Virus record (IMG/VR): IMGVR_UViG_3300022752_002834
Coordinates: 32,001 to 96,000 of that record
Direction: 5' to 3' (one strand)
DNA: 64,000 nucleotides
Origin: a virus
Below, one piece after another: positions 30,176-40,657 of the stretch (positions within the stretch are counted from its first letter, which is position 1; every line of letters starts with the position of its first letter). Both the position numbers and the translations under genes were made by a program. Under the pieces are notes generated by a model, which was not told the DNA's origin, did not search any database, and worked only from the letters and a program-made list of their open reading frames with translations.

Positions 30176-30913
30176 TTAGCTCCAAAGATGAGAATATATT
30201 TTTAATGTTTCGAACAACTGATTGAGATCCAGATTAGAATTATCTATAACGAGATCGAAGTTGTTCCAATCATAATTCTTTTTATCTAGAGCAGATTCTG
30301 CTTCAAAATCACTATTGAATATATCTCTTGTTAATCTTATGACTTTTCCACCGGCTTTCTTTATTGCGTCTACTTCATTGGGAAATCTAACATCTGGTAT
30401 GATCGCTATTTCAGAATTATCGGATAATATATTTTTAAGTGTGTATTCTGCCCAAGCGTCAGATTTTATTTTTCGAATAATCGATGTTCCAAAATACTCT
30501 AAAAATTCTCGTATAGTTAGGTTTTCTTCGCTGGCATTTCCACCGGGAAGATCAGACCAAATAAAAGGTGTCTTCTGATTCTTATCATCATTGGATCCAT
30601 ATACCAGCTTTGAATCTAGACCAAATAGATTTATAGCCAAATCCTTTAGTGGGTCTGCAAAGTGATAAACTTTTATGTAGGGCCATAGTTCTTTTTCAGC
30701 ATACTCTACAAATACTTGATCTTTTCTGGTAACGTCAAATATACCATAGCCAACTTTGCCAGAATTATCTTTTGTTGATACAGCCAAAGATCCATCTTGC
30801 TCAATAAAAAAGTCTGATATCATTCCCCTATTTGCAAGAACCACACCATTTATGTAGTTAGCAACAGTATTTTTACCAGCCTGTTTTCTACCAGATATGC
30901 CTACGATCTTCAT
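30176..30913 (-). CDS. Deoxynucleoside monophosphate kinase
   Basis: GISGRKQAGKNT P-loop, FADPLK, REFLEYFGT, IPDVRFPNE and ESALD. Confidence 0.88.
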   Translation of the reverse strand: MKIVGISGRKQAGKNTVANYINGVVLANRGMISDFFIEQDGSLAVSTKDNSGKVGYGIFDVTRKDQVFVEYAEKELWPYIKVYHFADPLKDLAINLFGLDSKLVYGSNDDKNQKTPFIWSDLPGGNASEENLTIREFLEYFGTSIIRKIKSDAWAEYTLKNILSDNSEIAIIPDVRFPNEVDAIKKAGGKVIRLTRDIFNSDFEAESALDKKNYDWNNFDLVIDNSNLDLNQLFETLKIYSHLWS

Positions 30914-30914
30914 A

Positions 30915-31934
30915 TTAACCCCTTATTTGTGATAATACATTCTTCTTGATTTGCTCAATAGACATTTCGCCAATGTCTTTATGATTTAATTTTGGGAAAC
31001 TAAGCTTATAGAATCTTCCCAATTGTCTTTGTAGCTGTATCTTGGATTCTCGTCCAGCTTGATCGTTGTCCGTTAAAATAATTATATGAGTCAGAGGCAG
31101 TTGTTGCAACTTGGATTGTTGCTCTTTGGTTAAAGTCTTACCAAATATTCCAACCGCGTTATATATTCCAGCCTCATACAATTTCCATAAATCTCCCTGT
31201 CCTTCTACTATAAAAACAGAATTGGACTGATGTATGTATGGTAATGCTCTATGTATGTTGTAAAAATGGAATCGTTTGTCGAACCCTTTGGGATAAATAA
31301 GAAACTTGGGTATCTTATACTCTTTTATTGATCTACCAATGTATCCTATGATCTGTCCACACTCACTATGAATAGGGATAACCGACCTGTCATATAGCTT
31401 ACATGTCTTGTCTAAACAATCGCCAACGCCAAAATGTTCTAGAGTTTTTTTCTTGAATCCACGATTTAAGAAGTATTTTGATGGTATATCAAGAGATAAT
31501 TCTACATCAACGCTGTTTATTGTGGGTTTCGTTGCCGTTTCTTTCAAAAGATCTATAAGCTCCTCAAAATCGCTTTTTTCTTCTTGAGGCTCTATTGTCG
31601 TTGCGGCATTTTGCTCATCAATATTAAGATTGAACTCTTTTCTGATCCATCCCAAAACATCGCCAAAACCAACGTCTTCGCCTTTCTCGTTCGATAAAGC
31701 ACCAGATATTAGTCCAAATATATCATTCTTATGATTATTCTGACATTCTCTAGTCCAGCATTTCCATATGCCTCTATTCTTAGAAAATGAGAACGCTCTT
31801 GGATTATCACTTGATTCATGTACTGGGCAAGTGGAGTAGATGTTATCTCCAAAAACTTCATACTTGATACCAAGCTTTGAAAGAACATCTTCTATTCTAT
31901 TGTTCAGTACTTTTTTAATCTGTAACAAGTTCAT
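30915..31934 (-). CDS. dnaG: DnaG-like DNA primase
   Basis: CPVH...C..C zinc finger, YF..RG, IPI...GYIGR and a TOPRIM domain (IVEGQGD ... LTDNDQAG). Confidence 0.9.
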   Translation of the reverse strand: MNLLQIKKVLNNRIEDVLSKLGIKYEVFGDNIYSTCPVHESSDNPRAFSFSKNRGIWKCWTRECQNNHKNDIFGLISGALSNEKGEDVGFGDVLGWIRKEFNLNIDEQNAATTIEPQEEKSDFEELIDLLKETATKPTINSVDVELSLDIPSKYFLNRGFKKKTLEHFGVGDCLDKTCKLYDRSVIPIHSECGQIIGYIGRSIKEYKIPKFLIYPKGFDKRFHFYNIHRALPYIHQSNSVFIVEGQGDLWKLYEAGIYNAVGIFGKTLTKEQQSKLQQLPLTHIIILTDNDQAGRESKIQLQRQLGRFYKLSFPKLNHKDIGEMSIEQIKKNVLSQIRG

Positions 31935-33387
31935 TGTTTATTGCGTCTTGTATTCTTACCTTTACAATTCCTTCGTCATTAACCAATCCAGTATCACCCA
32001 CTGGTTGATTCTTAAATTCATTTCTGGTCTTAAGCTCTTTTAGCTTTGCGTGTGAACCCTGCATAACCATATTTATGTAGTCGCCGTCATCTAATCCGCC
32101 ACCATGCCTTGAAACAATTGGCACAAGTTTTCTATTACCAGCATTGGGACCGTCTTCTGCTAATTCTTCTGGGGATTTAATCTTAAAGATACTGAAAGAT
32201 GTACATAGCCAAATTAATCTATCTGAGCCAGAAACAGCATCCGTACTTTCCTTAGTTATACCATCACGATTTAGCTGCACGAAAGACAAACATGGAATAT
32301 CTAGCTTAACACACAAGTTATGTAAAGATGTGATTTGAAAACCTAACGCTTGGTATTCCTGTATATTATTTGTTATAGAGCTTGAGGACATTAGCTTGAG
32401 ATAGTCATAAATAATCACACAGTTATTTGTTCTTCCTTGATCGTCCATCCTAACTTCTTGTACAACCCATCGCTTGATCAAATTAAGTATTTGGTCAAAT
32501 GGGCGACCGGCAACGCTAACATAACTGTATGGTATAGACTCTAATTGCTTAACAGCATCCATTATCTTTTGATATTTGTCTTCATCGTCAACAAATTTAC
32601 CGGTTGCTATTTCATTAATGGGAACACCGCTTATGTTTGATAGCAAACGATTTAGATGGTCTTCTTTACTCATCTCCGTATCCAGCATCAATACTGGAAT
32701 ATTTTTAAGAGCAACGTTGAGAGCCACATTATCAGCAAACACTGATTTACCAACTTTTGGTCTTGCTGACACAAGATCCACGCATTTACGACGCAAACCA
32801 CCACCAATTGCTTCGTCATATTTATTGAAGCCCGTGGGAATTCCTATGATGTCGCACTTATTATCCTTAAGAAAATCGACATATTGTTCTATGCCCTTAC
32901 CGATTTTCTCTGGAACATCGCCGCCATCGTCTTCTCTTAGAAAGTCTGTTACCGGATTTTCTAGTATTTGTATAATGTCATTAATAGACTCTGATCCAGA
33001 GATGCCATCTATATCTTTATGTATTTTCTCTGTGAGTTTTTTTATCTTGCGAGCAAACTCAAACTTCTTGATCTGCAAACCAAAATTGAAAACATTGTCT
33101 TTCTCAACTGGGAAATCAAAAAGAGATTTTATGTATTTTATTTCTTGCGGTGTATTTATCGCTTCCGAAAGATTGAGCCTTGATGCAATAGAGAGTATGG
33201 ATGGTATATCAACCTTTTGATCGTTTTTTACTATTTCTTCTATGCATCTAAATATAACTTGGTTATTATGATGACCAAAGCTATCAATAGTAATAAAATC
33301 CGATATAGATACGTAACCGTCTATACCGTGCTGCAACAATCCAGCAAGTACTGCTCTTTCGGACCCAATATCAGATAGTTTTTCCAT
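31915..33387 (-). CDS. dnaB: Replicative DNA helicase, DnaB family
   Basis: SERAVLAGLL, GIPTGF, ARPKVGKS (Walker A), DTEMS, IIYDYLKL and QLNR. Confidence 0.93.
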   Translation of the reverse strand: MEKLSDIGSERAVLAGLLQHGIDGYVSISDFITIDSFGHHNNQVIFRCIEEIVKNDQKVDIPSILSIASRLNLSEAINTPQEIKYIKSLFDFPVEKDNVFNFGLQIKKFEFARKIKKLTEKIHKDIDGISGSESINDIIQILENPVTDFLREDDGGDVPEKIGKGIEQYVDFLKDNKCDIIGIPTGFNKYDEAIGGGLRRKCVDLVSARPKVGKSVFADNVALNVALKNIPVLMLDTEMSKEDHLNRLLSNISGVPINEIATGKFVDDEDKYQKIMDAVKQLESIPYSYVSVAGRPFDQILNLIKRWVVQEVRMDDQGRTNNCVIIYDYLKLMSSSSITNNIQEYQALGFQITSLHNLCVKLDIPCLSFVQLNRDGITKESTDAVSGSDRLIWLCTSFSIFKIKSPEELAEDGPNAGNRKLVPIVSRHGGGLDDGDYINMVMQGSHAKLKELKTRNEFKNQPVGDTGLVNDEGIVKVRIQDAINNELVTD

Positions 33388-33388
33388 A

Positions 33389-33784
33389 TTATCGACCTAT
33401 GCACCTACTGCAACGATGATATTCCCCATATACATATTTGGGATCGGTTTTAAAAGATCTTCCACACACACTACATTCAACATCCATCTTCTTGTTTGGC
33501 TCTCTGCTTCGTGGCGTTCTAGCCCCATATTTTGTTTCAATATGTCTATCTTCGCCCTCGTCAACCCACTCATTCTTTCTGGCCTTCACCGGTTCTCTCC
33601 TCTTATTGTTTTTATTACCTTTTATGGAACTAACCCTAAAATCTTCTGTGATTTGATTTTTAGTTTCTTGTTTTACTTCTTCTGGAATATCCTTTAATGT
33701 TGTTTCGCCATTTTGCATAAGTGCTTCTAACAAAGCCTTCTTTTGGCTATCATTTAAGGTGTCGATAAAATCTTTCATACTCAT
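33389..33784 (-). CDS. Hypothetical protein with a C-terminal zinc ribbon
   Basis: CSVC...CSRC. Confidence 0.6.
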   Translation of the reverse strand: MSMKDFIDTLNDSQKKALLEALMQNGETTLKDIPEEVKQETKNQITEDFRVSSIKGNKNNKRREPVKARKNEWVDEGEDRHIETKYGARTPRSREPNKKMDVECSVCGRSFKTDPKYVYGEYHRCSRCIGR

Positions 33785-34263
33785 GTTCTCTTACCTTTCT
33801 CTAGCAAAATGTCAGCTTTTCTTTTTAGTTCATAAACTTTACCATCTAATGCCTGTAGCCTAGCCTCTGCTATTTCCCTCATATTTTCCAAAGATGCTGC
33901 ATAAGAATTAGATTGAGCCAAAATATGTTTCTTAGATTCGTGTTTTGTATACTGATTGAATTCTTGCGTATGTTTTACAATAAGCTTTTCCATCTGGTCA
34001 TGACACCAGCTTAAAGCAACCTTATTCTTATTGATTTCGTCTTGAATATACGTTGCATACCCATACATTAAATAAGCAGCATCGAATAAATCTTGTTGGG
34101 TTAATTTCTTAAGCTGATCGGATGACAAATCGGAAACTAGCAAATATTCCTCACGAAATGATGAGAATTTGGTATTGCTACTATTTATGTAGTTATTGAT
34201 TGCTTCTAGGTGTTCTGATAGTTTCTCAGACGCTTTTAATTCTTTGTCTCCACTCATCATCAC
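33781..34263 (-). CDS. Helical/coiled-coil protein, possibly a UvsY-like recombination mediator
   Basis: All-helical 160-aa protein between the RecA-like gene and dnaB. The assignment is contextual only. Confidence 0.35.
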   Translation of the reverse strand: MMMSGDKELKASEKLSEHLEAINNYINSSNTKFSSFREEYLLVSDLSSDQLKKLTQQDLFDAAYLMYGYATYIQDEINKNKVALSWCHDQMEKLIVKHTQEFNQYTKHESKKHILAQSNSYAASLENMREIAEARLQALDGKVYELKRKADILLEKGKRT

Positions 34264-34648
34264 TTTCTGAATATTTTAAGGTTATAAGATCAATCTCATT
34301 CAACTCACACCAAGCTATTTTATCGTCATCTCTGGCTCTGCCCTTTAAGAAGTCTGCTTTACTCTTATGAAAAAAAGCATTATATTCATAGTGCTGTTCT
34401 CCATGAACTTCTACTCCTAGTCTAATGGACGGGATGTAAAAGTCAAGATACAACACGGATTTTCTGTTTAATGCTGTGCTTCCCGGAAGCTTAACTTCTT
34501 CCAATATTCTATAACTATTATAGATTTCCTTTAATAAATTTCTAGCTCTGATATGATACTTTGATCTTTTTCTTTGATCGTTATTGAATACATCATAACC
34601 AGAAAGATTCCATACATACTCTTTGCCATTGATTCCGGTTACTTTCAA
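34226..34648 (-). CDS. PD-(D/E)XK (Vsr/DUF559-like) endonuclease
   Basis: LYLDFYIP...VEVHGEQHY...RDDDKIAWC. Confidence 0.75.
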   Translation of the reverse strand: MKVTGINGKEYVWNLSGYDVFNNDQRKRSKYHIRARNLLKEIYNSYRILEEVKLPGSTALNRKSVLYLDFYIPSIRLGVEVHGEQHYEYNAFFHKSKADFLKGRARDDDKIAWCELNEIDLITLKYSESDDEWRQRIKSV

Positions 34649-35748
34649 TGCAACTCCCTTATCTTTTTGTAGATAAAATCTGATACAATTGGATTACTAT
34701 TTAAGAAGTCAGCGACGTTATTTACGCCTTGAAATTTAAAGAATCTTTCTATGTCATCTGGAGTCTTACCTATCTTGTTATCGTCAAGCATCTTGGCAAT
34801 ATCTGGATGAGTAGGCTCATCTACAGCACATTGTATAGTATACCAAGCTCCAGCGGATTTGATCAGTCTAAATTCGCAAGCTATATGAATAACCTCTTGA
34901 ACTTCATCAACACCAATTCCATACCTTATCCATCCTTCTGCGGTGCTGTTTGGTCTTCCGCCAGCGTTAGATGTTTTAATAGACCAATTGGCTATTTGAC
35001 CAACGTGCTGTCCCGTATCTTTTGGTATCTGCCACTTTCCCCTGTGTGTAATGATCATGTTCGTACCAGCTTGATATTGTAACATGTTTCCACAATCGGC
35101 CATTTTTTGTGGAGCATATGGAGATCCGCCAGTATTAGCAATATTGTGCGTAATACAAATAAGAATAGTCTTGTTCTTCATCAACGTTCCACTAATTCTC
35201 TTAAAAAACATGGAGAGAAGTCTTGGTAGAGCATTACGAACACCAGTTCTAACCTCGCCCTCTAACTCACATGCTGGAACCATATTAGATAGAGAATCTG
35301 CTATGATCAAACAACCGGGATCATTATTGATATAGTATTCTATGATATTCAAAAAGTCTTCTGCCGATAATACACGCTCATCGGTAGACTCAATAATCAA
35401 TATGTTATCTGGTTGTAGACCCTTAATGCCATCAAAGTTTTGCTTAGATAGTCTACCTTCGGTATTGACATAAATAACACGCTTGTTCTTTTGTTGACAC
35501 TTGGAAGCAAAGTGTAGGGCAGTTGTGGTTTTTCCACTCTTTGGGTCGCCCGTCATTACAACAACAGAACCCTCCCTAAGACCGCCACCAAGAGCTATAT
35601 CTAAGGCTGGAGATATACCAATCACTTCTAGATTGTTTATGTTTGCTAAAACTTCTGTTCCGCTACGCACAACATCGCCATATTTTGATACAATAGAGCT
35701 ACTAACGCTATCTTCCGAAAATTTTGCAACCTTTTTTACTTTACTCAT
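34645..35748 (-). CDS. RecA/UvsX-like recombinase
   Basis: SPALDIALGGG, GDPKSGKTT (Walker A), YVNTEG, IIADSL (Walker B), IRYGIG and IKSAGAWY. Confidence 0.9.
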   Translation of the reverse strand: MSKVKKVAKFSEDSVSSSIVSKYGDVVRSGTEVLANINNLEVIGISPALDIALGGGLREGSVVVMTGDPKSGKTTTALHFASKCQQKNKRVIYVNTEGRLSKQNFDGIKGLQPDNILIIESTDERVLSAEDFLNIIEYYINNDPGCLIIADSLSNMVPACELEGEVRTGVRNALPRLLSMFFKRISGTLMKNKTILICITHNIANTGGSPYAPQKMADCGNMLQYQAGTNMIITHRGKWQIPKDTGQHVGQIANWSIKTSNAGGRPNSTAEGWIRYGIGVDEVQEVIHIACEFRLIKSAGAWYTIQCAVDEPTHPDIAKMLDDNKIGKTPDDIERFFKFQGVNNVADFLNSNPIVSDFIYKKIRELH

Positions 35749-36254
35749 AGTTTCCTCAGTTGGTTCATCGATGTCTTTTTTGTATTATACCCTTGAGTCG
35801 ATCTTGTTTCAACATGCTTGACTTCTTGTTCAACGTCAAGATTTATCTCTACTTTGTTTGACTTATCATCTATAAGCTTTTGGTGTTTTGCTATTACTTT
35901 TTCTGCTAATGGATTAACTTTATAGCCTCTACCATTTTGGATTCCAATAACTAGCAGACTATCGAAATCTTTGGATTTGATGGCGGATAGAATAGCTTCT
36001 TCGCTGTATTTCTTTTTTAATTGAACAGCCGCACCATATTGTTTCTTCCAAAGCCAATGCAGTGGATCGCCCTTTGTCCAAAATTTGTACGAAGGCTTAC
36101 CTAGATTAAGCTTTTCTGATCTTCTTATCACAATAAATTCTGCAACATAAGCTTCAAATGTACAATACTCACCCGTGTGAATATGTTTATACTTATGTGT
36201 TTCAGACCATTGCTTTTGATAGTTTTGATTAAATAGTTCTGGTCGATTTGTCAT
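35745..36254 (-). CDS. Hypothetical protein
   Basis: Coupled ORF in the replication operon. Confidence 0.6.
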   Translation of the reverse strand: MTNRPELFNQNYQKQWSETHKYKHIHTGEYCTFEAYVAEFIVIRRSEKLNLGKPSYKFWTKGDPLHWLWKKQYGAAVQLKKKYSEEAILSAIKSKDFDSLLVIGIQNGRGYKVNPLAEKVIAKHQKLIDDKSNKVEINLDVEQEVKHVETRSTQGYNTKKTSMNQLRKL

Positions 36255-36663
36255 TGTGATATATAACCGCTTCAGCAAAACATTCCTCTATACCATCCTC
36301 ATTAGAAGAATCTTCAATTAATTCTGGAGTAATCCAAATTTGTTTCTTAACCTTATCGCCATGTATTTTACCGATAGTAAAACTGTGTCTTGTGTTTTCT
36401 CCCATTACCCCAACAAGAGATTTAACCAAGTATACACCATCGCAATCGGTCGTGTCAACCTCTATAGAGTGCGACCTATACTGTAGACCGATTTTGTTAA
36501 CATTCAATTTTTGAGATTCGCAAATATTTTTTATTTCGAACCAATCCTTGTAGGTTGTTAGATAGTATTCGTTGTTATTAGATAAGATTGCTCTTATCCA
36601 AATATTATACTTGTCTTTTCTATATTCTTGAAGCCATGCTTCGTATGATGATATGAGCGACAT
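36229..36663 (-). CDS. Hypothetical protein
   Basis: TAATG-coupled ORF. Confidence 0.6.
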   Translation of the reverse strand: MSLISSYEAWLQEYRKDKYNIWIRAILSNNNEYYLTTYKDWFEIKNICESQKLNVNKIGLQYRSHSIEVDTTDCDGVYLVKSLVGVMGENTRHSFTIGKIHGDKVKKQIWITPELIEDSSNEDGIEECFAEAVIYHNDKSTRTI

Positions 36664-36971
36664 TATTCTTCTTTTCTTACAACTGTTACGCAATTTTGTT
36701 TGCTTGCTGGAACTCTTGCTTTTCTTGAGGCATCACCTAGTGTTGATGCATTTTCTGTCATAACCACAGAGCCTTTATGTTTAGCAAATTGTTCTCCAGC
36801 GGTTAATTGCTTTGGAGCATTTTCTTTTTGTGCTTTTGTGTAACACTTTTCTATAGACTTAACTGGTCTATCTAGATCGGAAGCGATTTCGTCTATGTCT
36901 TTTCCGGTCTTTGCGTGTTCTGCAACATAAAATAATTCAGCCTTACTCAACGGTCCTCTTTTACTAGCCAT
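36663..36971 (-). CDS. Small HTH DNA-binding protein
   Basis: KRGPLSKAELFYV...KDIDEIASDLDRPVKSI is a Myb/HTH-like pattern. Confidence 0.6.
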   Translation of the reverse strand: MASKRGPLSKAELFYVAEHAKTGKDIDEIASDLDRPVKSIEKCYTKAQKENAPKQLTAGEQFAKHKGSVVMTENASTLGDASRKARVPASKQNCVTVVRKEE

Positions 36972-37302
36972 CTATATAGCTCCTATTAGTTTTAGTCAAA
37001 AATATTCTATTTCTGGTTAAAAGATAATTGTTATAGTTCTCAAATGTTGTGCCTGACACTGGTTTTAATTCTGTTCTATTCCAAATTTCTCTACCAGCTT
37101 CTGGACCAAATGGATCTAGTGGCACACTGTTAAATATTCTAACAAAGTACTTGTTTTGAATTTTGCCATTACCTAAGTTTATACTTAGTGACTTTGAATA
37201 TACTTTTTCTTGTTTTCCATCTGTCATTTCTCCGCGAATATTAAAAAACGCTTCTGTTGTTTCTTTGGTAATTTTTTGATCGTGAGAGTCTATAAATTTC
37301 AT
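36964..37302 (-). CDS. Hypothetical protein
   Basis: Coupled ORF. Confidence 0.6.
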   Translation of the reverse strand: MKFIDSHDQKITKETTEAFFNIRGEMTDGKQEKVYSKSLSINLGNGKIQNKYFVRIFNSVPLDPFGPEAGREIWNRTELKPVSGTTFENYNNYLLTRNRIFLTKTNRSYIDG

Positions 37303-37655
37303 GTTTCACCAGTAATGATGTATTTCTTTTTTTGTTCCGGGGTCATTTTATTTATCTGTTTGCGTGATGCTTTACCTAGAGATGATAATGGGGATTCTGA
37401 ATCTTGTGCTTTTTGTTTCATATCACTTTCTACTTCTGATCTTTTATAATGCCCCATATTCTTCCAGTTTTTATCAGCCAATTGTCCAATAGTTTTGGCT
37501 TCTTTTACAAATGTTCCAAGCCCACCATATATTACTCTAACGAGCGACTCTTGACTACATGATGGGCATTTGGTTAATGCTTCTTCGCTAAATGACTGAT
37601 ATACATCGTTTAGCTCATTTTCACAACTATCACACTTATAATCATAAGTTGGCAT
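37299..37655 (-). CDS. FmdB-family zinc-ribbon protein
   Basis: MPTYDYKCDSC...CPSC...LVRVI. Confidence 0.85.
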   Translation of the reverse strand: MPTYDYKCDSCENELNDVYQSFSEEALTKCPSCSQESLVRVIYGGLGTFVKEAKTIGQLADKNWKNMGHYKRSEVESDMKQKAQDSESPLSSLGKASRKQINKMTPEQKKKYIITGET

Positions 37656-37656
37656 T

Positions 37657-38358
37657 CTATTCCTCTAACGCGTGTAAAATCGCTCCTAATATACCATTTC
37701 TTTGAATATCACTGTATTCAAGTTTGCACAATCCAACGCCATTGATATTATTTAATTTTTCAAGACAATAAGACAATCCGCTATCTCTATAGAGATCCGT
37801 TTGCTTTGTGTCACCATTGATAATTACTTTTGAGTTTTCGCCCATTCTTGTTAAGAACATTTTTATTTGTTCAAATGTACAGTTTTGAGCCTCATCCAAT
37901 ATCATATACGCATTATGAAAAGTTGACCCACGCATTGTTTCAAGTGGTTCAAATCTTATTCTTCTGGTGTTATAATATAAACCAAATTTATCTCTTCCAA
38001 GGAAGTACTTTAGATTTTCTTCCATTGGCTGGAGGTATGGCTTTATCTTATCGTTTAATTCTCCGGGTAAAGAGCCGATGTCTCTGCCGGTGCAAACAAG
38101 TGGCCTCGTTACTATTATACTCTCAATCTTATCTTTTTCCAAATGTTCGGAAGCTATGCCAGCAACTATAAAAGATTTGCCAGTTCCAGACGGTCCTGTA
38201 CAGAACGTAATATCATTCTCAATTATTGATCTAATATAGGTTTTTTGATTTTCTGTTTTGGCTACTAATACGTTGTTTTCTTTTACTTTTTTCTTTTTAT
38301 TTTTGCGAGAATATGGGTTGTTCGAATCGCTCTGTTGAATTGCCATATGGTTCTCCAT
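37657..38358 (-). CDS. phoH: PhoH-family ATPase
   Basis: GPSGTGKS, TRPLV, GSLPG, MRGSTF, ILDEAQN, TRMGENS and GDTKQTD. Confidence 0.95.
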   Translation of the reverse strand: MENHMAIQQSDSNNPYSRKNKKKKVKENNVLVAKTENQKTYIRSIIENDITFCTGPSGTGKSFIVAGIASEHLEKDKIESIIVTRPLVCTGRDIGSLPGELNDKIKPYLQPMEENLKYFLGRDKFGLYYNTRRIRFEPLETMRGSTFHNAYMILDEAQNCTFEQIKMFLTRMGENSKVIINGDTKQTDLYRDSGLSYCLEKLNNINGVGLCKLEYSDIQRNGILGAILHALEE

Positions 38359-39067
38359 TATACGGAGGGGTTTTGTTTTTATACCACCAGTCTATAGATC
38401 TTATTGCGTCCTCAAACGACTGTAAATTTAGTGACTGTTTGAAGGAATTGATCCCGAAAGCACACCATACAACATTCCCCTTCACATATCCATTTATCGG
38501 TTCGATTCTGTCCAAAGACGGACCATCCCACGATTGAAATCCATCTTGTTTCATAGAATTGTTCATAGGTATATTGGAATAAAAACATCGCCCACTTTGG
38601 CTATTCCATAGATTGATTAGATATTCAGAATCTAGATCAAAATTTATACCATTTTTTTCTGCTCTAGATTTAATTGTGCCAATGCGTCTTTTAATATAAA
38701 ACTCAATATCACCATTTTCAATAGCATGTTTAAATCTAAGTGATCTGGATCTGGAACATTTTATAACAGCTTGTTCTTTATTGTAACATTCTTTACATAG
38801 CTTGGAAACGCCTCCAGACATTTTTCGACTTTTATTGAAAAAACTTAAGTCTTTCCATTGTTCACACTTATAACATCTCTTTGTATTTCCATCTATTATT
38901 GGACATTTATGATTAGCATTTGCGTTTCTTCGTTCTCTATGAACGTTTGTGTGACAGTTATCGCATGTTACAACAATCTTTGAGTGAGATCCATTAGGTA
39001 AATCTGAAATATTATATCCAAATGTTGCAAATGTCAATTCTTCATTTATTGTGACTTTAGATAACAT
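38297..39067 (-). CDS. Putative free-standing HNH homing endonuclease
   Basis: Two Zn-finger modules, then QSGRCFYS...PSLDRIEPINGYVKGNVVWC...INSFK. Same family as the 24058 gene. Confidence 0.8.
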   Translation of the reverse strand: MLSKVTINEELTFATFGYNISDLPNGSHSKIVVTCDNCHTNVHRERRNANANHKCPIIDGNTKRCYKCEQWKDLSFFNKSRKMSGGVSKLCKECYNKEQAVIKCSRSRSLRFKHAIENGDIEFYIKRRIGTIKSRAEKNGINFDLDSEYLINLWNSQSGRCFYSNIPMNNSMKQDGFQSWDGPSLDRIEPINGYVKGNVVWCAFGINSFKQSLNLQSFEDAIRSIDWWYKNKTPPYNGEPYGNSTERFEQPIFSQK

Positions 39068-39104
39068 ATTCATCTCCATACTGTGTTAGTATATTATATA
39101 CTAT

Positions 39105-39111
39105 TATACAC
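39105..39111 (-). promoter_or_regulatory. Candidate late-promoter motif GTGTATA
   Basis: Intergenic GTGTATAATAGTATA upstream of the HNH gene RBS. Confidence 0.45.
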
Positions 39112-39131
39112 ATTAACTGGAAAAATGGTAT

Positions 39132-39581
39132 TTAGATTCCAGAGCTACCAAAGCCTTTATCTCCTCGTTGCGAGGAACCTAACGTTTCATGGACCTCCAT
39201 AGTGACGCGAGGAACCTCTTGGAATATAATCTGAGCGATTCTATCCCCGGTAGATATACTAACATTTTCTTCCGAAGTGTTGTATAAGCACACCATTATC
39301 TCTCCTCTATAACCGCTATCCACTACTCCAGCTAAAATATCTATGCCGTGTTTAACAGATAGGCCCGATCTAGGCCAAATTAAACCAGCAAATTGTTCTG
39401 GCATTTGTATTGCTATCCCAGTTCTGACAGTCTTGCGTTGTTTTGATGGTACTATGGTGTCGATGGCGGAATATAGATCCCAGCCAGCATCATTAGTATT
39501 TGCTCTCGTTGGAGTTTTTGCCATAGAATCAAGAAGTTGAATCCTTATTATATCATAATCAAAAAAATCATCAACAATCAT
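39132..39581 (-). CDS. dut: Trimeric dUTPase
   Basis: AGWDL, PRSGL, GVVDSGYRGEI, GDRIAQ and RGDKGFGSSG. Confidence 0.97.
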   Translation of the reverse strand: MIVDDFFDYDIIRIQLLDSMAKTPTRANTNDAGWDLYSAIDTIVPSKQRKTVRTGIAIQMPEQFAGLIWPRSGLSVKHGIDILAGVVDSGYRGEIMVCLYNTSEENVSISTGDRIAQIIFQEVPRVTMEVHETLGSSQRGDKGFGSSGI

Positions 39582-40657
39582 ATATCTAAACCCCCTAAGT
39601 CTATTTCTTCTAAATCATTTTTACTAGCACCAATTTTATACGATGTTATTTCATGTTCTTGCGGTGCAACTTGTACAGACTCGCTATTCATCCAAGGATC
39701 GGTCCATCCAGATATTGGATTCTTGCAGCCTTTATCGTATGGAAGACCTATGGTTTTTCTTCTGCTCATGCATAACCAATCAATGTATTGCGACATAACC
39801 TTTTCATTCAATCCTATAATAGATCCATCCTTGAATAAATATTCTGACCAAGCCTTTTCTTCGTTAGACGCTGACTCAAACATAGACACAGCTTCTTCTT
39901 CACACTCTTCTGCTATTTTTGTAAAGCCTTCGTCTGGATTATTACGAAGAATTTTAATAATTTCTTGAGTGTTATAAAGGTGTAAAGCCTCATCACGTTT
40001 AATCAATTTAATAATGTCAGCATTACCTATCATTTTTTTGTTTTCTGCAAAAGCAAAAGCACATATAAATGATACATAGAATCTAACAGCCTCTAAAATA
40101 TTGACGCTTACAAGAGTTAGGTATATCTGCTTTTTTATATCTTTTAGCTTGCCGGAATTTCCTATTTCTCTTAAAGCGTTGTATTCTTTGATAGCTACAT
40201 TAGCTCTTTTAAGAATTTCTTTGTCTGTTAAGCAGCTATCTAAAATTTCACTAGGATTATTGTATACATTTTTAATGATGTATGTGTAGCTATAGCTATG
40301 AATTTGCTCAAAGAATTGCCAAACATTCATGCAAGCTTCTAATTCTGGATTAGAAACATACTCAGTAAGCGTTGGAACCCCACGGCAAATGACGCTATCC
40401 ATCATGGTTTGGTATTTTAGATTTGATGTAAAGATGAAACGCTCATTGGCTGACATTATATCGTCATTCTTGAAATCGTTTCTATCTTTTTTAAGCTCTA
40501 TTTCTTCCGGTCTCCAGAAGAATTCTAGTTGCTTCTTATATAGATCAAAAAATACAGGATACTTGAATTTATCATATCTCTGTAGAGAAAGATCTTCGCC
40601 CAAGAACAATGGTTGGGCTAAATAATCAACGTTGTTTTTATTCAAAATTGTTTTCAC
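39578..40657 (-). CDS. nrdB: Class Ia ribonucleotide reductase beta subunit
   Basis: FFWRPEEI, DSV, EQIHSYSY, LEAVRFYVSF, RDEALH and VAPQE..ITSY. Confidence 0.96.
   Translation of the reverse strand: MKTILNKNNVDYLAQPLFLGEDLSLQRYDKFKYPVFFDLYKKQLEFFWRPEEIELKKDRNDFKNDDIMSANERFIFTSNLKYQTMMDSVICRGVPTLTEYVSNPELEACMNVWQFFEQIHSYSYTYIIKNVYNNPSEILDSCLTDKEILKRANVAIKEYNALREIGNSGKLKDIKKQIYLTLVSVNILEAVRFYVSFICAFAFAENKKMIGNADIIKLIKRDEALHLYNTQEIIKILRNNPDEGFTKIAEECEEEAVSMFESASNEEKAWSEYLFKDGSIIGLNEKVMSQYIDWLCMSRRKTIGLPYDKGCKNPISGWTDPWMNSESVQVAPQEHEITSYKIGASKNDLEEIDLGGLDI

Noticed and set aside
32576-33220. 214-aa + strand ORF
   Set aside because: Antisense to dnaB, Ser-rich and without motifs. The same applies to the many short ORFs opposite well-supported genes.
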